A stretch of 64,000 bases of DNA from Candidatus Dadabacteria bacterium (GTDB taxonomy: Bacteria > Desulfobacterota_D > UBA1144 > Nemesobacterales > CSP1-2), in the NCBI GenBank assembly GCA_040289575.1, contig PSLL01000005.1, positions 21,719-85,718 of the forward strand, given 5' to 3'. A model generated the notes under the pieces. That model was not told the origin of the DNA and made no database searches. It saw only the letters and a program-made list of their open reading frames with translations. Shown here piece by piece: positions 51,304-61,655 of this stretch (positions within the stretch are counted from its first letter, which is position 1; each line of letters opens with the position of its first letter). Position numbers and translations under genes: made by a program.

Positions 51304-51494
51304 AAATGCGACATTTCTTCCTAACACTACCTTCACAGTGGGGGCTTAATTCTAATACACCTATTTAGAATGAAAGGTGGATGAATAATACGGTCTTTCA
51401 ATCTGATTCACTTCTTGCATGGCCTATGTAAGATCAGTCGGCGCGCGTAACAGAGGATAGGAGTGAATACTAATCTAAGGAGGAAAATAGGAGG

Positions 51495-53306
51495 ATGAAA
51501 TTTACCTCGAAGCTGTTTTTTATCGGCGTTGTTCTATCTGGATTCACTCACTTCTCAAACCCGCAAACAAGCGGATTGGTTAATTATAGAAACACAGAAA
51601 ATAGATTGTCTATAGAGAGCATCGGTTTTGAGGTTAAAGATGGAGTTGGAATAGTAACTATAAAGACCTCGGCTCCCGTAAAGTATGAAGAGCTTCCTAA
51701 AGAGGAGAAGAAACTCAGCCTGAGGATCAAAGACGTAGTCCTTCCCGATGAATTTCAGGTTGCACGCGACGTGAGCGATTTTGACAGTCCCATCAGTTTT
51801 ATATCCTCTTTTAGGGATCCGGCTAGACCGAGTGATGTAGTAATCATAGTGGAGCTTAAAAAAGCGGCCCCTAAGGACATATCCGTCGAGGTTAATCAGG
51901 AAGGGAATATAATCACGGCAAGATTTGGAAAACCTAAGGAATCTGAGAAATTAACCGAAGAGACACAGGTTCAACAACCGCCCAAAGAGACTCCTCTATT
52001 ATATGCCTTTGATTTTCGTATTACGGCTACACCGGGCGCAAAAAAGGTCTATCGCGGGCAATTGATATCTTTTGATTTCAAAGACGCCGATGTAAGAGAC
52101 GTACTCAGGGTTCTTGCGGATGTAAGCGGATTTAACTTTGTAGTTTCTCAAGATGTAAAAGGAACAGTTACGTTAAAGCTTACAAATGTCCCCTGGGATC
52201 AGGCGCTCGATGTGGTGCTTGAAGATGCGGGACTCGGCGCGCTCGTAGAAGGGAACGTAATCAAGATTGCTCCCCTTAGAACACTTCAGGCAAGACAAAA
52301 TGAGATTCAGCAGGCGGCTTCCTCAAAAGAGCAGCTTGAGCCACTCGTTACAAAACAGATTTTTATAAATTATGCCACAGGTGAGGAGTTAAAACCTCTT
52401 ATAGAACCCATACTCAGCAAAAGGGGTGAACTCAAGATTGATACACGCACAAACAGCGTATTGGTTACGGATACGGAGGCTAGGGTTGCACAGGTTGAGG
52501 AGCTTGTCAAGAGCCTTGATACGAGAACCCCACAGGTTTTAATAGAGTCGCGCATCGTTCAAGCGACGCTTGATTTTACGCGCCAGCTTGGGGTTCAGTT
52601 TGGAACGAATTACAGGGCATCTGCCGCTACGGGAAATCCGACGGGTGCGTTTTTCCCGTCGAGCGTTCAAGTAGGCGGCGTTGGTGTGGGAAGCCCAGGG
52701 CCATTTGGAAATATAGGGCAGAACTTCATAGTAGACCTACCTGCCGCAGTGGGTACGGGAGCAGGGGGAGCTTTAGGAATAGTTCTTGGGAGTCTTACAG
52801 GAGCCTTTGATCTGGATATAAGGCTCTCGGCGCTTGAGAACAGGGGAGAAGGGAGGATTCTTTCATCCCCTAGGGTATTGACGCTTGATAATCAGGCTGC
52901 ACGGATAGAGCAGGGCGTTTCAATTCCATTTCTCAGTGTCTCTGCTGCCGGTACTCAGACCCAGTTTGTAGATGCGACGCTGAGACTAGAGGTTACTCCA
53001 CATGTGACAAACGACGGCAGAGTACTTATGGACATAAAAGTTACGGACAATGCCCCCGATACGTCGGTTGTAGGAGCAAATGGACAGCCCGCTATAAGAA
53101 GGAATGAGGCAGAATCTAAGGTGCTTGCTATGGACGGTGAGACGATTGTGATTGGAGGAATCTTTACAAGAACAACCACAGAGAATATTGCTGGGGTTCC
53201 CTGGTTCTCAAGGATTCCGCTTCTTGGATGGCTCTTTAGAAACACCCAAAATATTGACCAGAGAAGGGAACTTTTGGTCTTTATAACCCCAAGGATAGTT
53301 AAGTAA
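51495..53306 (+). CDS. pilQ: Type IV pilus secretin PilQ
   Basis: N-terminal AMIN-like domain, secretin N-domains, and a C-terminal secretin core (VPWFSRIPLLGWLFR). Confidence 0.9.
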   Translation: MKFTSKLFFIGVVLSGFTHFSNPQTSGLVNYRNTENRLSIESIGFEVKDGVGIVTIKTSAPVKYEELPKEEKKLSLRIKDVVLPDEFQVARDVSDFDSPISFISSFRDPARPSDVVIIVELKKAAPKDISVEVNQEGNIITARFGKPKESEKLTEETQVQQPPKETPLLYAFDFRITATPGAKKVYRGQLISFDFKDADVRDVLRVLADVSGFNFVVSQDVKGTVTLKLTNVPWDQALDVVLEDAGLGALVEGNVIKIAPLRTLQARQNEIQQAASSKEQLEPLVTKQIFINYATGEELKPLIEPILSKRGELKIDTRTNSVLVTDTEARVAQVEELVKSLDTRTPQVLIESRIVQATLDFTRQLGVQFGTNYRASAATGNPTGAFFPSSVQVGGVGVGSPGPFGNIGQNFIVDLPAAVGTGAGGALGIVLGSLTGAFDLDIRLSALENRGEGRILSSPRVLTLDNQAARIEQGVSIPFLSVSAAGTQTQFVDATLRLEVTPHVTNDGRVLMDIKVTDNAPDTSVVGANGQPAIRRNEAESKVLAMDGETIVIGGIFTRTTTENIAGVPWFSRIPLLGWLFRNTQNIDQRRELLVFITPRIVK

Positions 53307-53320
53307 AGGAGGATAACAGA

Positions 53321-53881
53321 ATGCATAAGACCCTTCTGGGTTTAGTCTTATTTCCTATACTTATCGTTTTCATGCTTATTGTTGGGCTCAGTTGCGGCTC
53401 TAATCCGCCATTTGCACCATTTGGCTCAACTGTAAAGATTGAAGACCCCCCTCAGTCAATCACTATACCCCAAAATGCCCGTGCGGTAGAAAGGGTACGG
53501 GCAATAGTTGAAACGACGGATTCTGAAGGAAACACGGTGCCGTTAAACAGTGTGAGGGTGACATTCGAACTATCATTCGCAGCGAAGAATGACCTTGTAA
53601 TAGATACAAACGGGGATGGGATTCCCGATTCTCCTGCTCTTCTCCTTATTGATCCCGATAAATGTGGATCAACACCTTGTGAAGACGTGCCATTACCGGA
53701 GCTTTCGGCAATGGGAGCGATTTTCAATTCTCCCCTAACTAAACTCACTGATGACCGTGGGGAGGCCAGCGTGATAATACTGATATTCGGTGAATTCCCG
53801 GTAAACCCCGCTACCTTAGAAGCCGCGTTGGGAAACGGGTCGGTTGATACTGCTCAGTTCAGCGTTTCGATTAGCCAATGA
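53321..53881 (+). CDS. Secreted protein with a DTNGDGIPD calcium-binding-like motif, co-transcribed with pilQ
   Basis: Signal peptide. Sits 15 nt after the pilQ stop and overlaps the next gene by 4 nt. Confidence 0.5.
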   Translation: MHKTLLGLVLFPILIVFMLIVGLSCGSNPPFAPFGSTVKIEDPPQSITIPQNARAVERVRAIVETTDSEGNTVPLNSVRVTFELSFAAKNDLVIDTNGDGIPDSPALLLIDPDKCGSTPCEDVPLPELSAMGAIFNSPLTKLTDDRGEASVIILIFGEFPVNPATLEAALGNGSVDTAQFSVSISQ

Positions 53882-54786
53882 ATAGAAACTTAAGGAGGAT
53901 TATCGGGATGAACAGCTTGAAGCCGTTTTTATTGTTTTTAGCCTTGATTTTATTATTTTTTGTAGGAACCTTCTGCGGCACTAATAGTCTGGATAACGGG
54001 GGTTCTCAAAGCTCCAATGGAGTCGGACAGATTTTCGTTAATCCCAATCCGGATGTACTCTTTGGAAACGGTGCGAAGCCTGATGGAACAGGCCATGCTC
54101 AGATTGATGCTGAGATTCAGGTCAGTACCGGTCAAATCCCCGACGGTTCGTCTGTCCAGTTTGAACTTACCGGCACGGATCTTCCAAGCTTCTTAAGCGG
54201 TTGTCTGATTAACCCGAGCACGATTCTGATAAACGGTCAGGCACTTGTGGATTATGTCGTCGGTATATTTATCCCTAAATCTACATCCTGTTCCGGCACG
54301 ACCCCGCCTACGGCAAAAGTAAACGTGGCGGTCACAATAACAGATTCAAATGGGATAAAGGAATCCCGTTTTGGTAAAATAACGCTACAGTGTATAGGTA
54401 TAACACCCCCTGCTGATCAGCAGATTACGACTAATCCTCCTACTGATACTGTGAATTTTGTTTTTCTCACTCTGGAATTTCAAACTATTGGTATTCTGCC
54501 GGGCACAACTGTAAATTTCTCTCTTAGCAGGCCAGACCTGGGAAGCCTTAGTCCCACTTCAGCCCCGGTAGGCGGATCGGAAACCGCCGGTACAGTTTCT
54601 ACTCAGTATACTGCTCAAAATAAGGGTGGAACACAGGTTATAACCGCCACTATAACCCTTCCCAATCCATCCGATGTTGACCCGAGATGCCCAAGCGTCC
54701 CAATAGAAGACCGTCAGGTTCAGGCGGTTGTTACAATCACTCAATCGACTCCTCAACCTACTCCTGCACCGTCACCGGGTCCCTAA
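53878..54786 (+). CDS. Secreted protein with bacterial Ig-like (Big-like) repeats and a Pro/Thr-rich tail
   Basis: Signal peptide. Repeated beta-rich segments (AKVNVAVTITDSNG, VQAVVTITQ) and a C-terminal PQPTPAPSPGP. Confidence 0.5.
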   Translation: MNRNLRRIIGMNSLKPFLLFLALILLFFVGTFCGTNSLDNGGSQSSNGVGQIFVNPNPDVLFGNGAKPDGTGHAQIDAEIQVSTGQIPDGSSVQFELTGTDLPSFLSGCLINPSTILINGQALVDYVVGIFIPKSTSCSGTTPPTAKVNVAVTITDSNGIKESRFGKITLQCIGITPPADQQITTNPPTDTVNFVFLTLEFQTIGILPGTTVNFSLSRPDLGSLSPTSAPVGGSETAGTVSTQYTAQNKGGTQVITATITLPNPSDVDPRCPSVPIEDRQVQAVVTITQSTPQPTPAPSPGP

Positions 54787-54917
54787 ATATTTTCTTTAGG
54801 TTTTTTCTATCTGTAACACAAGGCCATATTCCGCGTTGGCGGCTCTGTCTGCTTCTATGTTATCTGTTGATGCATGCCTTCTCAGAGAGATTGTAGGGGC
54901 TTGATCAAATTCCTACA

Positions 54918-55790
54918 TGAATGCGGGTTTAATTCCAGGCACGCTTAACATACTTCCCCTTGCCGGCTCACAGATCGAGCCTTTAACTAGCGAATTTCCT
55001 GTAGCTTGCTGCAGGGAGTTTCATTTGAAGATGACAGAATAAAGAAGGTATCCTTATACTGGAAGCGACGAGATAGGCTGGGGGAAGTTTTCTAAAAAGA
55101 AGGTCACACTTGAGCTCAGTGGGAATGCGGCAAACATAATTGATGAGGATCCACCTGACTTAGAGTTTGCTGTAAGTAGAAACTGCTGGGGGCCTTTTAT
55201 CAGACGGGATAGAGTTGCATCTCTATTCAGAGGATATATGTGCATGATAGGGTCTTTGATAGGTTCATAGATATGTTTATCGTGAAGACAAGGGCTCTAA
55301 GGCTTGGGGGCCCTGTGCTTGAAGATACAGATGTAGGGCCTGTTATCGACGATTCCGCAGCCGATAGAATAATGAAATGGATTGAAGAAGCAGTAGACAG
55401 GGGGGCAAAGCTACTCACTAGTGGGGACAGAGATGGTCGCTTAATTGAGCCGACGGTTTTAACTAACGTTCCACCTATGGCAAGGGTAAGCTGTGATGAG
55501 GTGTTTGGTCCTGGGGTTCATGTAGAGAGATATTATAAGGAATTTGAAGACGCTCTTAGATGGGTAAACAATTCCAGGTTTGGTCTTCAGGCTGGAGTGT
55601 TTACAAAAGATGTAAAAAAGGCGTTTGATGCTTATAGGGTTTAGAGGTAGGAGGCGTTATTGTAAACGATTATTCGAGTTTTGGGGTAGAGAATATGCCC
55701 TACGGCAGTATCAAAGGTTCAGGTGTGAGAAGGGAGGGGATTTGTTATGCAATAGAGGAGATGACGGAGTTAAAGCTTATGGTTGTGAAT
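54918..55790 (+). pseudogene. Aldehyde dehydrogenase remnant: the C-terminal two-thirds only, in 4 frame segments
   Basis: Successive ALDH-homologous segments in different frames: NAGLIPGTLNIL..., KKVTLELSGNAANIIDEDPPDLEFAV..., LRLGGPVLEDTDVGPVID...EVFGPGVHVERY..., then [31 protein letters not shown]. The N-terminal ~190 aa are absent. Confidence 0.65.
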
Positions 55791-55874
55791 TGAAGAATTA
55801 TTGGCATTAGATTCTTGGCTTTATTTAATGTAAACTGCGCCTGAGTTTGTTTCGTATCTTAGGAGGCTACTATT

Positions 55875-56513
55875 ATGGCAGAAACAAAGCGAATTGAATC
55901 CCAGATCAAGGACAAAAGGCTTGTAGAGGTTCGAAGAAGAGAGATTGTAAGGGCAGCGGTAGAGCTGTTTATAAGGAAAGGCTTTCATAAGACCACTGTG
56001 CGTGAGATTGCCCAAAAATTTGGAATGAGCATCGGAACACTATATGAATATATAAGAACGAAGGAGGACATACTTTATCTAGTTTGTGACTATATCCATT
56101 CTAATGTAAGGGATAAGGTCAGGCCTTATTTGACAGTAACTGGTAATTCTGTGGATACATTAAAAAAGGCTATCTGTGCTTATTTTACTGTCATCCATGA
56201 GATGCAAGATTATGTCCTTTTTCTATATCAGGAGACAAAGTCTCTAAGCCATGAGGCCAGGAAATATATATTTAGGGCAGAAGAAGAAATGACCCATATC
56301 TTTGAAGGGATTTTGATCCGGGGTGTTGAGGACAGCTCCTTTTCAGTTGATAGGAGGGATGTGAATCTTATAACTCACAATATTATGGTCCTTGGGCACA
56401 TGTGGGCCTTTCGAAGGTGGATGCTTCAGAAGAACTATACCCTTGATAGATATATTGAGACTCAAACTAGAATGATTTTAAGTATCCTTACTATGGGCAA
56501 AAACTCTCCTTAG
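55875..56513 (+). CDS. TetR/AcrR-family transcriptional regulator
   Basis: N-terminal HTH (RREIVRAAVELFIRKGFHKTTVREIAQKFGMSIGTLYEYIRTKEDIL). Confidence 0.85.
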   Translation: MAETKRIESQIKDKRLVEVRRREIVRAAVELFIRKGFHKTTVREIAQKFGMSIGTLYEYIRTKEDILYLVCDYIHSNVRDKVRPYLTVTGNSVDTLKKAICAYFTVIHEMQDYVLFLYQETKSLSHEARKYIFRAEEEMTHIFEGILIRGVEDSSFSVDRRDVNLITHNIMVLGHMWAFRRWMLQKNYTLDRYIETQTRMILSILTMGKNSP

Positions 56514-56749
56514 AGGATTCAAATAGGTAGATTGAGCAATCAATCGATTTCGATCGCATCTTAAAATGAATGACACTTTATTAGTTCTATCCCTTTTATT
56601 TATTAGAAAGTCCAATGTTTTTAAATACTTAGATATGATATTATAAATTGTCAGAAAAAACTATTGACTTTTCTAAAGGTATATACTAAGCTAGAATTGA
56701 GCGATCGCTCAGTCAATTTAAATAAAAGGAGGTTTACACAGACAATTTT

Positions 56750-57031
56750 ATTAAGCCCGGCAATTATCCATAGAGGATTCAACACATATCGAGCCTCATT
56801 GTCACAAGGTACATGGACTGAGCTTGATCGGACTATCTCGGATATACCAATGACCTTCATACAAGGGATGGGCGATCCAATTGTGCGCTCGATTTGGACT
56901 GACCTTATGACTAACTGGTATACAAATATACCATAGAGTATGTACCTGATGGTGGGCATTTTATGATACGGGAAAAACCAGACCTCATTAACCAGAGATT
57001 GAAAGGGGCTTTTCTCAATATCAAGGAATAG
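56750..57031 (+). pseudogene. C-terminal remnant of an alpha/beta hydrolase, frameshifted
   Basis: IPMTFIQGMGDPIV and, in another frame, PDGGHFMIREKPDLINQRLKGAFL. Both are typical alpha/beta-hydrolase C-terminal motifs. No N-terminal part is present. Confidence 0.4.
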
Positions 57032-57127
57032 GATATAGGTGTATACTTGGGGCTTGCTTTGGATAGTGAATGTTTTATAGTTAAGTTGTATAAATATCAA
57101 GACAATTTAATATCTGGGTGATCGAGT

Positions 57128-58279
57128 ATGAGCATAATCGAGCTTACGGAAGAACAGCAGATGATTCGGGACCTTGCTAGGGATTTTGCTGAGAATGAAA
57201 TTAAACCGATTGCCGCGGAGATTGACAGGGAAGGGAGATTTCCATCCGAGCTTGTAAAGAAGATGGGGGAGCTTGGGTTTATGGGAATCTTTGTTCCTGA
57301 GCAGTACGGTGGAAGCGGAATGGATACCTTTACCTACGTCCTTGCTTTAGAGGAGGTCTGTAAAGCCTGTGCATCAACTGGGGTGATTATGTCTGTAAAT
57401 AATTCCCTGGTCTGTGAACCGATTTACAGATTTGGAAACGAAGAGCAAAAGAAGGAATATCTTCCACACCTTGCTAAAGGAGAAAAACTCGGATGCTTTT
57501 CTCTAAGTGAGCCTGCGGCAGGCTCTGATGCGGGGAGCCTTAGAACTACTGCAACAAGGGACGGAGGGTACTATGTCATTAACGGCACAAAGAACTGGAT
57601 AACAAACGGTCCTGAAGCCGATGTTATAGTTCTGTTTGCGTCAACAGATCTTTCCAAGAAGCACCGTGGAATCACGGCGTTTATAGTTGATAAAGAAACT
57701 CCCGGAGTAATTGTCGGAAAGATAGAGCACAAATTAGGGATAAGGGCATCGAGTACATCTCAGATTATCTTTGAGGATTGCCGTGTTCCAGTTGAGAACA
57801 GATTGGGCCAAGAGGGAGATGGATTTAAAATAGCCATGCAGACACTCGATGGCGGGAGGATAGGAATAGGTGCTCAGGCAGTCGGAATTGCTCAGGCTGC
57901 ATTTGAAGAGGCTGTAAGATACTCGAAGGAAAGGGAGGCTTTTAATCAACCGATTTCAAACTTTCAGGGGATACAGTTCATGATAGCCGATATGGCGATG
58001 CGGATTGAGGCGGCGAGGCTTCTTGTCTGGCAGGCGGCAAGGATGAAGAATAGAAAGGTGAAATTTACAAAACAGTCTGCGATGGCAAAGCTCTTTGCAT
58101 CCGAGACCGCGATGTGGGTTACGACAAAGGCAATTCAGATTCATGGTGGATACGGCTACACGACCGATTATCCGGCTGAGAGACATTTCAGAGACGCAAA
58201 AATTACAGAGATTTATGAAGGAACATCCGAGATACAAAGAATCGTTATTGCGAGTAATGTCTTAAAGGAGATTTCATAG
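57128..58279 (+). CDS. Acyl-CoA dehydrogenase, short or branched-chain type
   Basis: 383 aa with the ACAD N, M and C domains. The catalytic Glu lies in the C-terminal YEGTSEIQR motif. Confidence 0.9.
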   Translation: MSIIELTEEQQMIRDLARDFAENEIKPIAAEIDREGRFPSELVKKMGELGFMGIFVPEQYGGSGMDTFTYVLALEEVCKACASTGVIMSVNNSLVCEPIYRFGNEEQKKEYLPHLAKGEKLGCFSLSEPAAGSDAGSLRTTATRDGGYYVINGTKNWITNGPEADVIVLFASTDLSKKHRGITAFIVDKETPGVIVGKIEHKLGIRASSTSQIIFEDCRVPVENRLGQEGDGFKIAMQTLDGGRIGIGAQAVGIAQAAFEEAVRYSKEREAFNQPISNFQGIQFMIADMAMRIEAARLLVWQAARMKNRKVKFTKQSAMAKLFASETAMWVTTKAIQIHGGYGYTTDYPAERHFRDAKITEIYEGTSEIQRIVIASNVLKEIS

Positions 58280-58285
58280 GGTTTT

Positions 58286-58313
58286 GTAGGGGCAATTTAT
58301 AAATTACCCCTAC
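58286..58313. terminator. Palindrome GTAGGGGCAATTTATAAATTACCCCTAC immediately after the acyl-CoA dehydrogenase stop
   Basis: Near-perfect inverted repeat related to the palindrome at 47639. Followed by a GTCATTGCGA-family element. Confidence 0.4.
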
Positions 58314-58318
58314 TGTAT

Positions 58319-58363
58319 GTCATTGCGAACACATTCGCTTCGGAATTTGCCTCTTGCAATGAC
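58319..58363. repeat. Inverted-repeat element GTCATTGCGA...TTGCAATGAC of the GTCATTGCGA family
   Basis: Shares its arm sequence with the palindrome at 29932-29981 and with a half-site at about 8708. Confidence 0.6.
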
Positions 58364-58386
58364 TAAGAGTTAAAAGGAGGGATTCA

Positions 58387-60054
58387 ATGCTATTCGATGA
58401 AAGAAAACTCGAGGAAATAAGACAGAAAAAAGAAATATGGGAGAAAGAATACAAGAGCCTGCCTAAAAGAGATATAGATCTTACAACCATTTCAGGAATG
58501 GATATTCCCCCTCTTGCTATCCCGGAAGATTTAGATGGCTTTGATTATCTTCGTGCTCTCGGGTTTCCCGGTTCCTTTCCATTTACCCGCGGGGTCTATA
58601 GCACAATGTATCACGGAAGGCTCTGGACTATGCGTCAATTCGCGGGTTTTGGTTCTCCGGAGGACACAAATCGTAGGTTTAAATTCCTACTGGATCAGGG
58701 ACAGACTGGTCTTAGTACCGCATTTGATATGCCCACACTCATGGGTTATGACTGTGACCATACAAGGGCAAGGGGGGAGGTTGGGAAAGAAGGTGTATCC
58801 GTTTCTTCACTTGCCGATATGGAGGTGCTATTTGACGGCATAAGGCTTGACGAGGTAACGACATCTATGACCATAAATTGCACGGCGAGCATAATCCTTG
58901 CCATGTATCTTGTTGTTGCGGAAAAACAAGGTATAAGCTGGGATAAATTAGACGGGACGATTCAAAACGATATGCTAAAGGAGTTTATCGCACAAAGGGA
59001 GTGGATTTGTCCTCCCAGACCGTCTGTAAAAATCGTAGTTGATATGATTGAGTTCTGTGTAAAGCACATTCCTAAATGGCATCCGGTGTCAATATCCGGC
59101 TATCATATCCGTGAGGCGGGCTCTACCGCTGTTCAAGAGCTGGCTTTTACACTTGCCGATGGAATTGGATATGTCCAGGAATGTATTGAGCGTGGTATTA
59201 ATGTTGACGATTTTGCTCCTCAGCTTTCCTTTTTCTTTAACGTTCATAACGACTTTCTAGAGGAGGTCTCAAAGTTCCGTGCGGCAAGAAGGATGTGGGC
59301 AAAGATAATGCGAGATAGGTTTGGAGCAAAGAATCCCAAGTCGTGGATGCTAAGGACCCATGCGCAGACAGCAGGAGCCAGCCTTACAGCTCAGCAGCCT
59401 TTAAATAACATTGTAAGGGTTGCAATTCAAGCGCTGGCAGCGGTTTTTGGTGGCGTCCAGTCTCTTCACACAAACTCCATGGACGAGACGCTTGCTCTTC
59501 CTACGGAAGAGTCCGTAACGGTGGCCCTTAGGACACAGCAGATTATCGCGGAAGAAAGCGGCGTTGTAAATTCAATTGATCCGCTTGGAGGAAGCTACGT
59601 CATTGAAGCTCTTACAAATCGGATGGAAAAAGAGGCATTCGATTACATAAAGAAGATTGATGAAATTGGCGGGATTATTAAAGCGATTGACATTGGTTTT
59701 CCTCAAAAGGAGATTGCCGACGCTGCATACATATACCAGAAGGAGTTAGATAGAGGGAAGAAGGTGATTGTGGGCGTCAATAAATACGTTACAGAAAAAG
59801 AGAGGACGATTCCGACTTTGAGAATTAATGAAGAGGTGGATAAGAGCCAAAAAGAAAGGCTTCGGGAGATAAAGAGGAGGAGAAATAATGAGGCGGTAAG
59901 GAGACATCTTGGAGCAATTGTTAGAGCCGCGCGTGAGGGGAAAAATCTAATGCCGTTTATAATTGATGCTGTAAGGGAGTACGCAACGGTGGGCGAAATA
60001 AGCGATATCTTCAGAGAGGTCTATGGGATTTACCGAGACCCGGGTTATTTCTAA
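58387..60054 (+). CDS. Methylmalonyl-CoA mutase family protein, catalytic (alpha/beta TIM-barrel) subunit, split-type
   Basis: 555 aa with the conserved MCM-family substrate barrel ([36 protein letters not shown]). The B12-binding domain is encoded by a separate downstream gene. Confidence 0.85.
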   Translation: MLFDERKLEEIRQKKEIWEKEYKSLPKRDIDLTTISGMDIPPLAIPEDLDGFDYLRALGFPGSFPFTRGVYSTMYHGRLWTMRQFAGFGSPEDTNRRFKFLLDQGQTGLSTAFDMPTLMGYDCDHTRARGEVGKEGVSVSSLADMEVLFDGIRLDEVTTSMTINCTASIILAMYLVVAEKQGISWDKLDGTIQNDMLKEFIAQREWICPPRPSVKIVVDMIEFCVKHIPKWHPVSISGYHIREAGSTAVQELAFTLADGIGYVQECIERGINVDDFAPQLSFFFNVHNDFLEEVSKFRAARRMWAKIMRDRFGAKNPKSWMLRTHAQTAGASLTAQQPLNNIVRVAIQALAAVFGGVQSLHTNSMDETLALPTEESVTVALRTQQIIAEESGVVNSIDPLGGSYVIEALTNRMEKEAFDYIKKIDEIGGIIKAIDIGFPQKEIADAAYIYQKELDRGKKVIVGVNKYVTEKERTIPTLRINEEVDKSQKERLREIKRRRNNEAVRRHLGAIVRAAREGKNLMPFIIDAVREYATVGEISDIFREVYGIYRDPGYF

Positions 60055-60100
60055 TTTGACGATAAATTGCTTACATGGTTAATTTATTAAGGAATCTGAT

Positions 60101-60511
60101 ATGGCAGACCAGAGAAGAGTGAGGATTCTGATTGGAAAAGCCGGACTCGACGGGCATGACAGGGGTGCAAAGATCGTAGCCAGGGCACTGAGGGACGCGG
60201 GGTTTGAGGTTATATACACGGGGCTTCATCACACGCCCGAGATGATAGTTGAGACTGCTATTCAGGAGGACGTTGATGCCATTGGATTGAGTATCCTTTC
60301 GGGGGCACATAATTATCTTTTTCCGGAAATAATAAAGCTGCTTAAAGAAAAGGGAGTCGATGATATAGTCGTATTTGGGGGGGGAATTATTCCTAAAGAT
60401 GACATTCCGGGGCTTTTAGAAAAGGGGATTAAATCAATATTTGAGCCTGGTACGTCTACGGCGGAGATAATCAACTGGGTTAAAGAAAACGTAAGTCCGA
60501 GAAATCCGTAA
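60101..60511 (+). CDS. Cobalamin-binding subunit of the split acyl-CoA mutase (MCM C-terminal domain homolog)
   Basis: B12-binding motif DGHDRG with a Rossmann-like fold, 136 aa. Confidence 0.85.
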   Translation: MADQRRVRILIGKAGLDGHDRGAKIVARALRDAGFEVIYTGLHHTPEMIVETAIQEDVDAIGLSILSGAHNYLFPEIIKLLKEKGVDDIVVFGGGIIPKDDIPGLLEKGIKSIFEPGTSTAEIINWVKENVSPRNP

Positions 60512-60597
60512 GTGGAACTGCAAATTTCAAATCACAAGTACCAAGCTCTAAATTCTGAGTATCAGGCATTTTGGGTTTGGAATTTGTGATTTAGTCA

Positions 60598-61251
60598 TTG
60601 AAGCTTGTTTATATGAAGTGCATACTCTGTGAACAAAGAAAAGCGAAGAGATACTGTCCAGCAAAGAGAGGACAAATCTGCGCTGTATGTTGTGGTGAGA
60701 AACGGGGAGTTGAGATAAATTGTCCTCTTGATTGTCCTTACTATGTTGAGGGGCAGAGGTATCAGCAGGAAAAAATCACAAGACAAAGAGTAAGAAAAGA
60801 AGGCATTCAGCCTTACATCAGACGCGCTGAACTCTATAATAAAAACCCGGAGATTTTTGCTAAAATAGAGCTTGCCCTTGTGGATTTATTCCGTACTGAC
60901 GGAAGGCTTAGAAATGAAGAGATCGCAAGTGCGCTTGAGCTTGTCATTAAAACCCTCCATACCGAGAAGAAGGGAATATTCTATGACCACAGGTCTGAGA
61001 GCCGAATTATTAATGAGATTGCAGGACGGGTGCTTATCGTTATAAGAGAACATAAAGATTCGCCAGAACTTCGCCATGGCAAAATCACACTTGATTATGC
61101 CAAAGAAGTGGTCGAAGAGTTTTTAAAAGAGATTAAATTCTATATGGAATTGGATTCTAATCCGCAGAGCTATCTTATACATATCTCCCGGTATCATCCT
61201 GAGGGTGGCAAGACTACACAAAGCAGCGGATCATTGATTATCTCGCCCTAA
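60598..61251 (+). CDS. Hypothetical protein with an N-terminal Cys-rich zinc-ribbon-like region
   Basis: C-x2-C-x8-C-x7-C-x2-CC-x10-C-x3-C in the first 45 aa. The remainder has no recognizable motifs. Confidence 0.45.
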   Translation: MKLVYMKCILCEQRKAKRYCPAKRGQICAVCCGEKRGVEINCPLDCPYYVEGQRYQQEKITRQRVRKEGIQPYIRRAELYNKNPEIFAKIELALVDLFRTDGRLRNEEIASALELVIKTLHTEKKGIFYDHRSESRIINEIAGRVLIVIREHKDSPELRHGKITLDYAKEVVEEFLKEIKFYMELDSNPQSYLIHISRYHPEGGKTTQSSGSLIISP

Positions 61252-61256
61252 TATTA

Positions 61257-61433
61257 TCACCTATCCCCGCCTGATGCAACAATACTGACTATGGTGGCAA
61301 TAGCAATAATTATTCCCGCAACCTTAAAGTACATCCCCCAGTCCAGAGAAAGAGCTAGAGAGAACGCATAACCAATGAGTATAAGAAGCACCAGACAAAC
61401 CAACACGCTCCCAATCGGGTTTGTTTTAGACAT
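61257..61433 (-). CDS. Possible 58-aa two-TM small membrane protein
   Basis: ORF MSKTNPIGSVLVCLVLLILIGYAFSLALSLDWGMYFKVAGIIIAIATIVSIVASGGDR. GGAGGA Shine-Dalgarno lies 8 nt upstream. It is below the ORF-track cutoff. Confidence 0.3.
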   Translation of the reverse strand: MSKTNPIGSVLVCLVLLILIGYAFSLALSLDWGMYFKVAGIIIAIATIVSIVASGGDR

Positions 61434-61655
61434 ATTAAGTCCTCCAACGCCTATTGATTCAGCACATACATGATATTCAATTCATTTGATGAGAAATTTT
61501 ATCTGAATATAGAGCGATATACAATTTTCTCCTATTTGTTTCTCCCTGCCCTTGGGTGAAAAGGGATAAGGACAATTTATGAATTTGCTCTAGAATCAAT
61601 GTCGATTACCTTGGACTTGCGCGATTAAATCAAATATGTAACCTTTAAAGGCACT

